A DNA stretch of 38,714 bases, taken from the NCBI GenBank assembly GCA_946183755.1, contig CAMHCZ010000001.1, positions 1 through 38,714 of the forward strand, read 5' to 3'. Source of the stretch: an uncultured bacterium. GTDB lineage: Bacteria > Bacteroidota > Bacteroidia > Bacteroidales > Paludibacteraceae. Positions 27,004-35,981 of the stretch are shown in pieces (position 1 is the stretch's first letter; every line of letters begins with the position of its first letter). Below the pieces are notes generated by a model that worked only from the letters and a program-made list of their open reading frames with translations, had not been told where the DNA came from and searched no databases. A program made the translations under genes and the position numbers.

Positions 27004-27789
27004 TCACTTAATCAGAAGCCCGGAAAGCATTCGTCCGGAATCAACGCCTTGCCGTCTTGCAGAAAAGAACAAATCCGCATCTCTGAATGTGCAATGCTCA
27101 GACACAAAGACTTCGCGCAGCCCTTCATCCTCCAGCTCCTTTCTGACAATCTCGCGGATATTCATGAAGCATTTCTCGCTGTCTGACTTGTCATCCGCAA
27201 AGAACGAAGCAAACGACGGATTCCTCTCCACGAAACGCTCTCTCATATCCACGCCCACCTGATAGTTGTTCTGGCTTATGCACGGGCCAACAACCGAGAC
27301 AATATCTGAAACGTCGCAACCGTACTTTTCCTTCATCACAGCCACTGCCTTGGACGAGATGTTGAGCAAAGTGCCACGCCATCCGGAATGAACGGCAGCA
27401 ACCACACGTCGCTTCTTGTCGTAGAGCAGGACAGGAACGCAGTCTGCCGTCGTGACAGCCACGCACACGCCTCTAAGCGACGTCACCAGTCCGTCGCAGC
27501 CGTCAAGCTGCTCACGGACCTCACCTTCCGTCTTCCCAAGCACATCCTCGTCTATGCAGACTATTCTGTCGCCATGAGTCTGATGGGCGTTGAACAACCG
27601 TGACTTGTCTATGCCGAGTTCCTTACAGAGAATCTCACGATTGGCTCTTATATTATCCTGGTCATCGTCGGTATAAACGCCTACATTGAAAGAGGAATAC
27701 CTCTCGTCGGTACTGACTCCACCAGCACGTGTTGTCGTGAAGCCAAGAATATCCTTATATGGTTCAAAATGCGAATACGTTATAATCAT
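27004..27789 (-). CDS. pgeF: Peptidoglycan editing factor PgeF (YfiH/DUF152, laccase-domain family)
   Basis: 261 aa. GFTTRAGGVS, HQTHGDR, TADCVPV and HSGWRGT motifs are typical of the YfiH family. Confidence 0.88.
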   Translation of the reverse strand: MIITYSHFEPYKDILGFTTTRAGGVSTDERYSSFNVGVYTDDDQDNIRANREILCKELGIDKSRLFNAHQTHGDRIVCIDEDVLGKTEGEVREQLDGCDGLVTSLRGVCVAVTTADCVPVLLYDKKRRVVAAVHSGWRGTLLNISSKAVAVMKEKYGCDVSDIVSVVGPCISQNNYQVGVDMRERFVERNPSFASFFADDKSDSEKCFMNIREIVRKELEDEGLREVFVSEHCTFRDADLFFSARRQGVDSGRMLSGLLIK

Positions 27790-27809
27790 CTTTAAGCTTT
27801 ATACAAATA

Positions 27810-27840
27810 AAGAACGCAAGCCCGTAAGACTTGCGTTCTT
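27810..27840 (-). terminator. Hairpin downstream of the M28-like gene
   Basis: AAGAACGCAAG / 9-nt loop / CTTGCGTTCTT gives a perfect 11-bp stem in the 68-bp gap between the M28-like stop (27858) and the pgeF start (27789). Confidence 0.55.
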
Positions 27841-27857
27841 CTATGACATATTCATTA

Positions 27858-29189
27858 TTACTTTATAGTCTCCAAGAAACGTGTTATAAGACTCTGCATC
27901 TCAGCAAATCTCGTATAAGGCAGCATCTGAGGAGTGTCCTTCATGTTCTTGTAGTCAAAGCTTCCGCCGACAGAATAGATGAAGAAACTTGGTATCTCCA
28001 GCTCATGGAACAAATACGACTCGCTCTGCTTGGCGTTTCTCTTCAGGTCAACCTCAGGAACGAACTTATAGTCGTGAGCTAACTTCACCATCCTCTGCAT
28101 AAGTTCCTGATAGTTATTGCCGTTCACCACCTTAATGCCGGAGCTTCCGTTGCCCATGAGGTCAAAGTCAAGGACAAGCTGCACGTTCTTCAGCTTCACC
28201 GGCGGATACTTTATCAAGGTCTTACCACCAGCCATGTCAAGCTCATGACCCGAGAACGCTATGTAAACCATAGTGTACTTAGGCTTGATCGTGTGGAAAT
28301 GCTTAGCCAGCTGAAGCATCATGGCTACACCGCTGGCACTGCAGTTCGCTCCTGGATAGACAGCCTCGCCCATAGTGCCGAGGTGGTCGTAGTGGCACGA
28401 AATCACGATGAAAGAATCCTTATAAACCGTTCCTGGCTCAACAGCCACAACATTGTATGTCGTTGTCTGAGGCACGAAAGCCGCATCGGCCTGCACCTTG
28501 ACCTTCCTTATCGACTCGATGTCCTGAGGAGTACCCACATAGAACACAGGACGCATGCCCTGATGATCCGATGTTGACCAAATCATCTTTGAATAGCGCA
28601 CTGTATCATATATGATAACACCTTTAACTTGAATCTGCGCGTCAGTCTTGAACTGCTCCACCAGCTGGTCTATCTTGTAAGCCACATTGCGTGTCTCGCC
28701 TTCATAATTAGTGTTGTCCACAATTATGAAATTGCCTCTCGCGTCACGAATCTTGTTCATACGCGTCATAGCGTCGTTGAGTTCAGCGCGTGTTATGACG
28801 ACAGCATCGTAGCTGCCGCTCACAGAAGGGCTCGAAGGGTCAATCATAAAGTCGGTTCCAGCCACAAGATAGTTGCTGTTAAGCTGCAGTGTCATTCTGT
28901 TAGGGAACGTGTTAGCAGACACGTAGAGTGGCTGCATGTATGAAGAGCCGACCGGATTAATGCCGATTTCCTTGAACTGGCTAACGATATAGTCAGCCGC
29001 CGCTTTGTTGCCGCCTTTGCCGTATCCACGACCGTTCATTGCGTAGGCGCAAAGGTTCTGGGTAATCTCGTTCGCGTAGTCCACCTCGTCGGACGGTTTT
29101 GGCGCAAGGCTGTCGGCATAGACATCCTGCGCAGAAGCCGACATAGGCAGCGCGAGAATCGCCAGCAATAAAATAAACAAATTCCTCAT
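27858..29189 (-). CDS. Secreted M28-family (aminopeptidase-fold) protein, possibly catalytically degenerate
   Basis: 443 aa with signal peptide MRNLFILLLAILALPMSASA. M28-like blocks CHYDHLG, PGANCSASGVAMMLQLA, FSGHELDMAGG, LDFDLMG and SESYLFHELEIP. Several positions that are metal or catalytic residues in canonical M28 enzymes look substituted (see findings). Confidence 0.75.
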   Translation of the reverse strand: MRNLFILLLAILALPMSASAQDVYADSLAPKPSDEVDYANEITQNLCAYAMNGRGYGKGGNKAAADYIVSQFKEIGINPVGSSYMQPLYVSANTFPNRMTLQLNSNYLVAGTDFMIDPSSPSVSGSYDAVVITRAELNDAMTRMNKIRDARGNFIIVDNTNYEGETRNVAYKIDQLVEQFKTDAQIQVKGVIIYDTVRYSKMIWSTSDHQGMRPVFYVGTPQDIESIRKVKVQADAAFVPQTTTYNVVAVEPGTVYKDSFIVISCHYDHLGTMGEAVYPGANCSASGVAMMLQLAKHFHTIKPKYTMVYIAFSGHELDMAGGKTLIKYPPVKLKNVQLVLDFDLMGNGSSGIKVVNGNNYQELMQRMVKLAHDYKFVPEVDLKRNAKQSESYLFHELEIPSFFIYSVGGSFDYKNMKDTPQMLPYTRFAEMQSLITRFLETIK

Positions 29190-29227
29190 AGTATTAGTTT
29201 TAAAGGTTCAACCAAGTGGTTCACACA

Positions 29228-30079
29228 TTAGTCGGTACGAACCACGAGATACTTAGAGATGCTCCAGAACTGCTTGTAGTCCTTTATGTAAAGAGTCTTG
29301 TTGCCGTTCTCGTCCTTCAGCTCATAAGACTTGTCAGGGTGCGAAGTAAGGATTCTCGCCTTCTTGCTGTACAAAGGAATCTTTGTTGTTGTTCTGATGT
29401 CAACCTTCACAAAGTAATCCTTGTTGAAGTCCTTTTGAAGAATCTGAGAGCGCTTGAAAACACCTTCCTTTGTGATGATGCGCTGTGCCTTGAGTTCCTT
29501 GTTAGAACCGAACACGTAGTAAGCCGACGACATCTCGTCCTCCTGCTGAGCGATCAGGGCAGTCTTCTGGATGTTCTCCTCAGTGAGTTTAGTTACCGCA
29601 GAGTCGAGTTGGAAGATTCTCTCGTCCTTCTGGCGCAAAACGTCAGCCAAAGAGTCCATAGAGAATGCTCTTGCCTCGAGCTGCTGCTGCAGTCTTGTTA
29701 TAGTCTCCTGCAACTCCTTGTTCTGATTACCGCTCTTCTTAGCCATCTGCTGCAGCTGAGCGATTTTCTGTCTGTTCTTCTGCAGCGCCTCAGCCATGAG
29801 CTTCAGGTTCTTGTTGATTCTCTGAGCCGCGTCGTACTTGATGTTCTCGTCGGCAGCATCAGCGTTAATGAGCGACTCTGAAGCCGCGATAGCCTGGAAG
29901 TTGTCAGAGATTTCGTTCAGTGCCTGAAGGTAGTTGGACATTTCCTTATCCTTGCTGGCATTGACAGCCTCCAAAGAATCGTTGATAGCCTGCAGGTCTT
30001 TGTATTCCTGTGAATCCTTAACACACGATGATAATAACACTGCTGCAAGCGAAGTTGCAATGATCAAAGTCTTTTTCAT
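29228..30079 (-). CDS. Coiled-coil lipoprotein of unknown function
   Basis: The track ORF opens at 30289, inside coaX. The ATG at 30079 gives MKKTLIIATSLAAVLLSSC, a lipobox with Cys19. About 170 aa are heptad-rich and Gln/Glu/Lys-rich (KIAQLQQMAKK, ITRLQQQLEARA), followed by a beta-rich C-terminal domain of about 90 aa. Confidence 0.75.
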   Translation of the reverse strand: MKKTLIIATSLAAVLLSSCVKDSQEYKDLQAINDSLEAVNASKDKEMSNYLQALNEISDNFQAIAASESLINADAADENIKYDAAQRINKNLKLMAEALQKNRQKIAQLQQMAKKSGNQNKELQETITRLQQQLEARAFSMDSLADVLRQKDERIFQLDSAVTKLTEENIQKTALIAQQEDEMSSAYYVFGSNKELKAQRIITKEGVFKRSQILQKDFNKDYFVKVDIRTTTKIPLYSKKARILTSHPDKSYELKDENGNKTLYIKDYKQFWSISKYLVVRTD

Positions 30080-30148
30080 TTGATTTCTTATTTTATTCGT
30101 TATTCTGTTTTCAATTTCCTTGTAGGGAATCTGGGTTATATAAATGTA

Positions 30149-30156
30149 CAAAGATA
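30149..30156 (-). promoter_or_regulatory. Candidate -7 promoter element for the lipoprotein/M28 gene pair
   Basis: The minus strand reads TATCTTTG (TAnnTTTG), about 70 bp upstream of the ATG at 30079, in the gap after coaX. Confidence 0.3.
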
Positions 30157-30206
30157 CATAAAAATACACACTATGTACCAACACCTTGCATTTCAAGCGA
30201 GCCGGC

Positions 30207-30914
30207 TCATATAGAATCCAGGCCTTTGAAGACGAGGTATGGGTCATAAGTCGCCATGCACTGCACATCGGACGAGAGGTCGAGACCATCGCCGCCAGTT
30301 ACAAAAACATGCAGGTCGGCATAGGCTTCGGACAGTTTATTCACGAAGCCGGCCATCTCCATGCGAGCGCCATTCACCGCGCCTGACATCAGATTGCCCT
30401 CTGTGTTGTCGCTCAGAATCGGAGTCTCCCTGACCGCCTTCACCAAAGGCAATTTGGCTGTGTAATCGTGCATAGCATTCAGACGCAGCTGCACTCCCGG
30501 CGAAATAGCACCGCCAAGGAATCTGCCATCCGACGAAATCAGGTCGTAAGTTATGCACGTCCCTGCGTCGATGACCAGTATCGTGCTGTTCAAATCCTGT
30601 GCCACTGCGCCATAATCGGCAGCCAAGCGGTCGGCGCCATAGGTTTCGGGAATGCCGTGCAGCGTTTTGCTTCTGCATGGAGTCTCACGGCTTATGTGTC
30701 GGCAAGACACGGAAAGGTCGCGCAACGCATCGGCAAGTTCACGGTCCTCGCCCACAACAGTCGATACGACAGCCTCATCTATCTTATAAGTCCCGGCAAG
30801 CCTATGCAGCACGTCGCGCCACGGCTCAGACTTACGCTCGAAATGCACGAAATCGCCGTTATCGCTGACTACAAGTTTTGCGCTTGTGTTTCCTATGTCT
30901 AAAAGTATCTTCAT
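30207..30914 (-). CDS. coaX: Type III pantothenate kinase
   Basis: The ATG at 30914 gives MKILLDIGNTSAKLVV, the DxGNT phosphate-1 motif of CoaX. Also LVIDAGTCITYD and VFVTGGDG. About 235 aa. Confidence 0.9.
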   Translation of the reverse strand: MKILLDIGNTSAKLVVSDNGDFVHFERKSEPWRDVLHRLAGTYKIDEAVVSTVVGEDRELADALRDLSVSCRHISRETPCRSKTLHGIPETYGADRLAADYGAVAQDLNSTILVIDAGTCITYDLISSDGRFLGGAISPGVQLRLNAMHDYTAKLPLVKAVRETPILSDNTEGNLMSGAVNGARMEMAGFVNKLSEAYADLHVFVTGGDGLDLSSDVQCMATYDPYLVFKGLDSI

Positions 30915-31031
30915 CCTCCTTTTTGAACGTGCTAATATAAACATTTTTCACTCAGAATATCCCATAGCCGCAAAGCAGACAACAACAGAAGCTGTGCAAC
31001 GGCGAAAATAGCATATTCCCATCGTTATTCT

Positions 31032-31039
31032 TATATTTG
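31032..31039 (+). promoter_or_regulatory. Candidate -7 promoter element of the thioesterase-menFDB operon
   Basis: TATATTTG matches TAnnTTTG, 19 bp upstream of the ATG at 31058. Confidence 0.35.
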
Positions 31040-31057
31040 TGAAGAAAAACAGGCACA

Positions 31058-31468
31058 ATGGACATTGAACATTTAAAAGCAGAGATGCTGAATAAAGACG
31101 GACTGTCAAAAAGCATCGGCATAGAATACCTATCGACCCCAGAGCCAGACACTTGCGCCGCCACAATGCTTGTGGACGAGCGCAACTGCCAGCCTTTCGG
31201 ATTTCTGAGCGGAGGCGCGTCGCTATCGATGGCGGAGTCGCTCGCCGGCGTGGGGTCATTGGCGCTCTGTCCGGGCTGCATCCCTATGGGCATAAACGTA
31301 TCCGGCAGCCACATAAAGGCAGCCGAAAAAGGCGACAGAGTAAAAGCCATCGCCAAAATCATACACAAAGGCGCTACGATACACCAATGGCAGGTGAGCA
31401 TACTCAATTCGGAGTCCGAACTCGTGTCGAGCGTGCAAGTGACAAACATAATCGTGCGTAAAAAGTAA
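31058..31468 (+). CDS. Hotdog-fold PaaI/YdiI-type thioesterase, likely 1,4-dihydroxy-2-naphthoyl-CoA hydrolase (MenI-like) by context
   Basis: 136 aa. NCQPFGFLSGGASLSMAESLAG is the PaaI-type substrate and catalytic region. It lies 6 bp upstream of menF. Confidence 0.75.
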   Translation: MDIEHLKAEMLNKDGLSKSIGIEYLSTPEPDTCAATMLVDERNCQPFGFLSGGASLSMAESLAGVGSLALCPGCIPMGINVSGSHIKAAEKGDRVKAIAKIIHKGATIHQWQVSILNSESELVSSVQVTNIIVRKK

Positions 31469-31474
31469 GAGCAA

Positions 31475-32509
31475 ATGGAGACTTACGCATACTTCCGGTT
31501 TCCCGAGCAAAACAAGGCCACGCTGATAGCACAGAACAGCGGTCCTGTCGCCACTCTGCGTTCAGTAAGCGAGCTGAACGGACGCACCGGATTTGTGTTC
31601 GCTCCGTTCGCGCCATCAGCCAGCCATCCGATTATCCTGATACGCCCCGACACCTGCAAATCAATATCAATAAGCGAGCAGCCGCCGGCGTCTGGAAAAA
31701 TGACCATCGCGCCACTGACAAGCAAAGAGAACGAACTGAGCACATACACAGCCGACTTCAACCGTTTTCACCACCAGATAGAAAGCGGGAATCTGAGCAA
31801 GATTGTGCTCGCGAGAGTTTCCACGTTAGTGTCGTCGTCAAAGGTTTCGCCATACACGCTGTTCTGCAGAGCATGCAACATGTATCCGCACCTGTTCGTG
31901 GCTTTGGTGTCAACGCCGCAGACCGGCACATGGATTGTTGCCACGCCAGAGCTGCTGCTATCAGCCACAGAAAAGGAATGCGAGACGATGGCATTAGCCG
32001 GAACAATGAAAGCCGCCGACAACAAGGACGGCTCCGGCTGGACCGAGAAGGAGTATCAGGAACAGAAGTTCGTGTCACTGTACATCAACTCCGTAATAAG
32101 CCCAATAGCCGACAACATAACCGAGAACGGACCGGAAACGATAACAGCCGCCGACCTTGTGCATCTGCGCACGAGATTCTCATTCACGATAAAAGACGGG
32201 CACAACGTCTCTGACGCATTAGATGCATTGCACCCTACGCCAGCCGTGTGCGGACTGCCTAAGAACAACGCACTCGACTTCATACTCAAAAGCGAGCATT
32301 CGCCAAGAAAATACTACAGCGGATTCCTGGGACCATGGGCGGTGAAGCAATCGACATCGCTCTACGTCTCGCTGAGGTGCATGCACATAAACGACAGGAT
32401 ATTCGACCTCTACGCCGGCGGCGGACTGCTGAAACAGAGCACGCTGAGCAAGGAGTGGGAGGAGACCGAAGCCAAGTTGAACACAATGAAAAACATACTA
32501 TATGTTTAG
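31475..32509 (+). CDS. menF: Isochorismate synthase (menaquinone-specific)
   Basis: 344 aa with a chorismate-binding core (ALHPTPAVCGLP, YYSGFLGPW, YAGGGLLKQS). It overlaps menD by 8 bp. Confidence 0.88.
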   Translation: METYAYFRFPEQNKATLIAQNSGPVATLRSVSELNGRTGFVFAPFAPSASHPIILIRPDTCKSISISEQPPASGKMTIAPLTSKENELSTYTADFNRFHHQIESGNLSKIVLARVSTLVSSSKVSPYTLFCRACNMYPHLFVALVSTPQTGTWIVATPELLLSATEKECETMALAGTMKAADNKDGSGWTEKEYQEQKFVSLYINSVISPIADNITENGPETITAADLVHLRTRFSFTIKDGHNVSDALDALHPTPAVCGLPKNNALDFILKSEHSPRKYYSGFLGPWAVKQSTSLYVSLRCMHINDRIFDLYAGGGLLKQSTLSKEWEETEAKLNTMKNILYV

Positions 32510-34172
32510 CAACAAGAACAACGTAAATCAGCTCACATCATTGCTGAAACTGCATGATGTGGAATTCGCTGTCGTATGTCCTGGCTCGCGAAACGCACCT
32601 ATAGTCCACAACCTGAACGAAGCCGGCATAGAGTGTTTCCCTGTGACCGACGAGCGCTCGGCTGGATTCTACGCCTTGGGCATGTCGCTGAAAATCGGGC
32701 TGAAGCCTGTGGCTGTCTGCGTGACTTCGGGCACAGCGCTGCTCAACCTGATGCCGGCTGTGGCAGAGGCATATTACCAACATGTGCCGCTGATAATAAT
32801 CTCGGCAGACCGACCAGCCGACAAGATTGACCAGCTGGACGGACAGACGCTCCACCAGCCGAACGCCCTTGAACCACACGTACTCAAGTCGGTGAACATA
32901 CCAGAAGCATACACTTTACAACAACACATACACAACAACAGGCTTATAAATGAAGCCATAAACGCGACACAGAAAGACGACGGCGGACCTGTGCACATAA
33001 ACATGCCGCTGACCGAACCGCTGTACGACTTCACAGAAAAAGAGCTGTTAGAAGAAAGGCTAATCTCGGTTTTCCGCGAATACAACGAGTACTTTTTCGC
33101 CGAGCCAATAGTCAATGCTTTTTTACAAACATACAAAAAGCCATTGATCATCTTAGGACAGAACAACTACTCGCCCAACGACCTAACCGAACTGAGCAAG
33201 CATTGTGTAATAATAAACGAATCGCTGAGCGGTGTGCAAGTCATCTCGAACGCCGACGAGGTAATCGCATCAAGCAAAGACATCGAGGCATTGCGTCCGG
33301 ACTTAGTGATTTACTTCGGAAGCACGATTGTAAGCAAGCGCATAAAAGAGTTCCTGCGAAACAGCTATTGCGAGAACTTCGTGATAAACGCAAGCGGAGC
33401 ATTGACAGACACTTTCGACAAGCTGACCACTGTGATACAAGCCGACCCGGAGACTATGCTATACCGCATGGAGGAAACGCTTAGAAACATGGAGGAAAGC
33501 AGCGAAAAGACCGGCTTTGTAAAGCTGTGGAACGACGAATCGGACAGATGCAGAAAGCAAACGGAAACATACAAACCTGAATATTCGCAAATGGCTGCCG
33601 TGCGCGACTTCGAGGCAAAACTTGGCGAGGCGCGCCCCGACGTGACAGTATTCTACGCCAACAGTTCAGCCGTGCGACTTGGCAACATATACGCGCCACT
33701 GTACAAGCGCCACGTGCTGTGCAACCGCGGCGTGAACGGCATAGAAGGCTCGCTGTCAACGGCAGCCGGAGCGTCGGTGCTGCTGAACGACCTGACATAC
33801 TGCGTGATAGGCGACCTCAGTTTCTTCTACGACCAGAACGCGCTGTGGAACCAGAACCTGAAAGGCAACCTGCGCATACTCCTGATGAACAACGGCGGAG
33901 GCGGCATCTTCGAGAAATTCGAGGGACTGAAAGGAAGCCCCGTGCGCGACAATTGCGTGATGGCATCGCACAACACAACAGCCGAAGGCATCTGCAAACA
34001 ATGCAACGTGAAATACCTGTCGGCAAAGGACGAGACCGAGTACCGCAAGGCGCTCAATGAACTGACCGAACCAAAGTCCGACCGCCCTATTCTGCTTGAG
34101 GTCTTCACCGACTCCAAGAAGGACATGGAAGCCGTAAACAACTATTACAAACACTTAAAAGAGAACATATAA
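32502..34172 (+). CDS. menD: SEPHCHC synthase (2-succinyl-5-enolpyruvyl-6-hydroxy-3-cyclohexene-1-carboxylate synthase)
   Basis: 556 aa. ThDP enzyme with the [12 protein letters not shown]...NNGGGGIF ThDP/Mg motif. N-terminal [15 protein letters not shown] overlap with menB. Confidence 0.95.
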   Translation: MFSNKNNVNQLTSLLKLHDVEFAVVCPGSRNAPIVHNLNEAGIECFPVTDERSAGFYALGMSLKIGLKPVAVCVTSGTALLNLMPAVAEAYYQHVPLIIISADRPADKIDQLDGQTLHQPNALEPHVLKSVNIPEAYTLQQHIHNNRLINEAINATQKDDGGPVHINMPLTEPLYDFTEKELLEERLISVFREYNEYFFAEPIVNAFLQTYKKPLIILGQNNYSPNDLTELSKHCVIINESLSGVQVISNADEVIASSKDIEALRPDLVIYFGSTIVSKRIKEFLRNSYCENFVINASGALTDTFDKLTTVIQADPETMLYRMEETLRNMEESSEKTGFVKLWNDESDRCRKQTETYKPEYSQMAAVRDFEAKLGEARPDVTVFYANSSAVRLGNIYAPLYKRHVLCNRGVNGIEGSLSTAAGASVLLNDLTYCVIGDLSFFYDQNALWNQNLKGNLRILLMNNGGGGIFEKFEGLKGSPVRDNCVMASHNTTAEGICKQCNVKYLSAKDETEYRKALNELTEPKSDRPILLEVFTDSKKDMEAVNNYYKHLKENI

Positions 34173-34996
34173 TGACAAGAGTCTGGAACAAAATCAAAGG
34201 ATTCGACTTCAAGGAAATCCTTTTCGAGGAGTATAACCATATCGCGAAAATCACTATCAACCGCGAGCGTTACCGCAACGCCTTCACGCCACTGACGACA
34301 TGGGAAATGTCGCAGGCGTTCGCCTACTGTCGCGAGTGCCAGGACATTCGTGTCGTGCTCCTGACCGGAGCCGGCGATAAGGCTTTCTGCTCTGGCGGCG
34401 ACATGCACGTCAAGGGCCGTGGCGGATACGTTGGCGAGGACGGCGTGCCACGCTTGAACGTGCTGGACGTGCAGATGCAAATCCGCCGTCTGCCTAAGCC
34501 TGTAATTGCCATGGTGAACGGTTATGCCATAGGCGGAGGACACGTTTTGCACTTAGTGTGCGACATGACTATCGCATCGGAGAACGCCATTTTCGGACAG
34601 ACCGGTCCTAAGGTCGGCTCGTTCGACGCTGGATTCGGAGCATCGTATCTCGCGCGTATCGTCGGACAGAAGAAAGCGCGTGAGATATGGTTCCTGTGCC
34701 GCCAGTATTCCGCAAAGGAAGCCGAGGATATGGGAATGGTAAACAAGGTAGTTCCGTTAGCCGAACTCGAGGACACTTGTGTTGAATGGGCTGAGATAAT
34801 GATGGAGCGCTCGCCTATCGCCTTGCGCATGATAAAGGCTGGACTCAATGCCGAGCTCGACGGACAGGCTGGAATACAGCAGCTCGCCGGCGACGCGACA
34901 ATGCTCTACTACTTCATGGACGAGGCGCAGGAAGGCGGCAAGGCGTTCTTAGAAAAGCGCAAGCCGGACTTCGACAAATACCCTAAGGTTCCGTAA
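34172..34996 (+). CDS. menB: 1,4-dihydroxy-2-naphthoyl-CoA synthase
   Basis: 274 aa. Crotonase fold ([29 protein letters not shown]). C-terminal [11 protein letters not shown] is typical of MenB. Confidence 0.97.
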   Translation: MTRVWNKIKGFDFKEILFEEYNHIAKITINRERYRNAFTPLTTWEMSQAFAYCRECQDIRVVLLTGAGDKAFCSGGDMHVKGRGGYVGEDGVPRLNVLDVQMQIRRLPKPVIAMVNGYAIGGGHVLHLVCDMTIASENAIFGQTGPKVGSFDAGFGASYLARIVGQKKAREIWFLCRQYSAKEAEDMGMVNKVVPLAELEDTCVEWAEIMMERSPIALRMIKAGLNAELDGQAGIQQLAGDATMLYYFMDEAQEGGKAFLEKRKPDFDKYPKVP

Positions 34997-35981
34997 AACC
35001 TTCGGCAATCTTCGCAGCCTCGGCACGAGCCGGCTTGCCGGTTTCGGTCTGAGGAACTGCGTCAACATGGATATACAAGCGTGGTAGCCAATACTTTGGC
35101 ATCACGCTTTTGCATTTTTCCTCAACGGCAGCGAGGTTGTCATCCTCAGTGAGCAGCACGACCTTCTCACCGAGAGCGCAGTCTTTCTTCTTTGTTATCA
35201 GAAATGGCAATGACAGTTTATCCTTGAGCATCCGCTCGGCCTCCTCTATTTGGATTTTAACGCCGCCGCTGCATATCACATTGTCCTTTCTGCCCTTTAT
35301 TCTGAAACGAAGGACATGCCCGGAGTCATCCTTCTCTGTTTCGGCAATGTCGTTGGTCGTCAGCACTTCGGCGCACACTCTCGGCGCATCTATCACAAGG
35401 CAGTCGTCGGCATTAGTCCAGACAGTCACACCATCGAACGGCGTGTACCATTCGCTTGCGTTGTCGCCGTTAAGTCTCCGCAAAGCAATATGAGACAGTG
35501 TTTCCGTCATGCCGTAAGTGCTCCAGACATTGTTAGGGAATGACCTCAACTTTTCCGCCAAAGAGCCGTCTATCGCACCGCCGCCGATTATCAGATGCTT
35601 TATGTTTTTCAGCTTTGCCGCTTCTTCTGGCGACTGCAGCGAGTTATAAACCTGCATCGGCACCATGGCGCACAAGTCGAAACGCTCTCTGGCAGAGACT
35701 CCTGCCAACGGATGCCCCGACGGCTCCACACTCGCCAAATCCAGCCCCCTCACCTTGCTTCTGACAACCATCATCTTGCCTGCAATATAGTCAACAGGCA
35801 AGCACAACAAAGCATTGTCGCCTTCCTTCAACCCTAAAAAATCGCATGTAACCTCTGCACTTGCCGCCATACGCGCCTTCTCCACATCCATCTCCTTAGG
35901 CTTGCCGGTCGAGCCGCTTGTGTGAACTTTCACGGTTGGGCTATCGCTTTCCCATTCTCTTATGAATTCTTCAAGCACCAT
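34983..35981 (-). CDS. menE: o-Succinylbenzoate--CoA ligase, short form (ANL adenylating enzyme lacking most of the N-terminal subdomain)
   Basis: 332 aa. P-loop TSGSTGKPK already at residues 21-29. [20 protein letters not shown] and [10 protein letters not shown] motifs are present. It sits between menC and the end of menB. Confidence 0.8.
   Translation of the reverse strand: MVLEEFIREWESDSPTVKVHTSGSTGKPKEMDVEKARMAASAEVTCDFLGLKEGDNALLCLPVDYIAGKMMVVRSKVRGLDLASVEPSGHPLAGVSARERFDLCAMVPMQVYNSLQSPEEAAKLKNIKHLIIGGGAIDGSLAEKLRSFPNNVWSTYGMTETLSHIALRRLNGDNASEWYTPFDGVTVWTNADDCLVIDAPRVCAEVLTTNDIAETEKDDSGHVLRFRIKGRKDNVICSGGVKIQIEEAERMLKDKLSLPFLITKKKDCALGEKVVLLTEDDNLAAVEEKCKSVMPKYWLPRLYIHVDAVPQTETGKPARAEAAKIAEGFTEP

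Noticed and set aside
30080-30289. N-terminal 70-aa extension of the lipoprotein ORF, overlapping the 3' end of coaX.
   Set aside because: An internal ATG at 30079 yields a textbook lipoprotein signal peptide with lipobox and is preceded by a TAnnTTTG element. The extension has no coding character and would bury the signal peptide.
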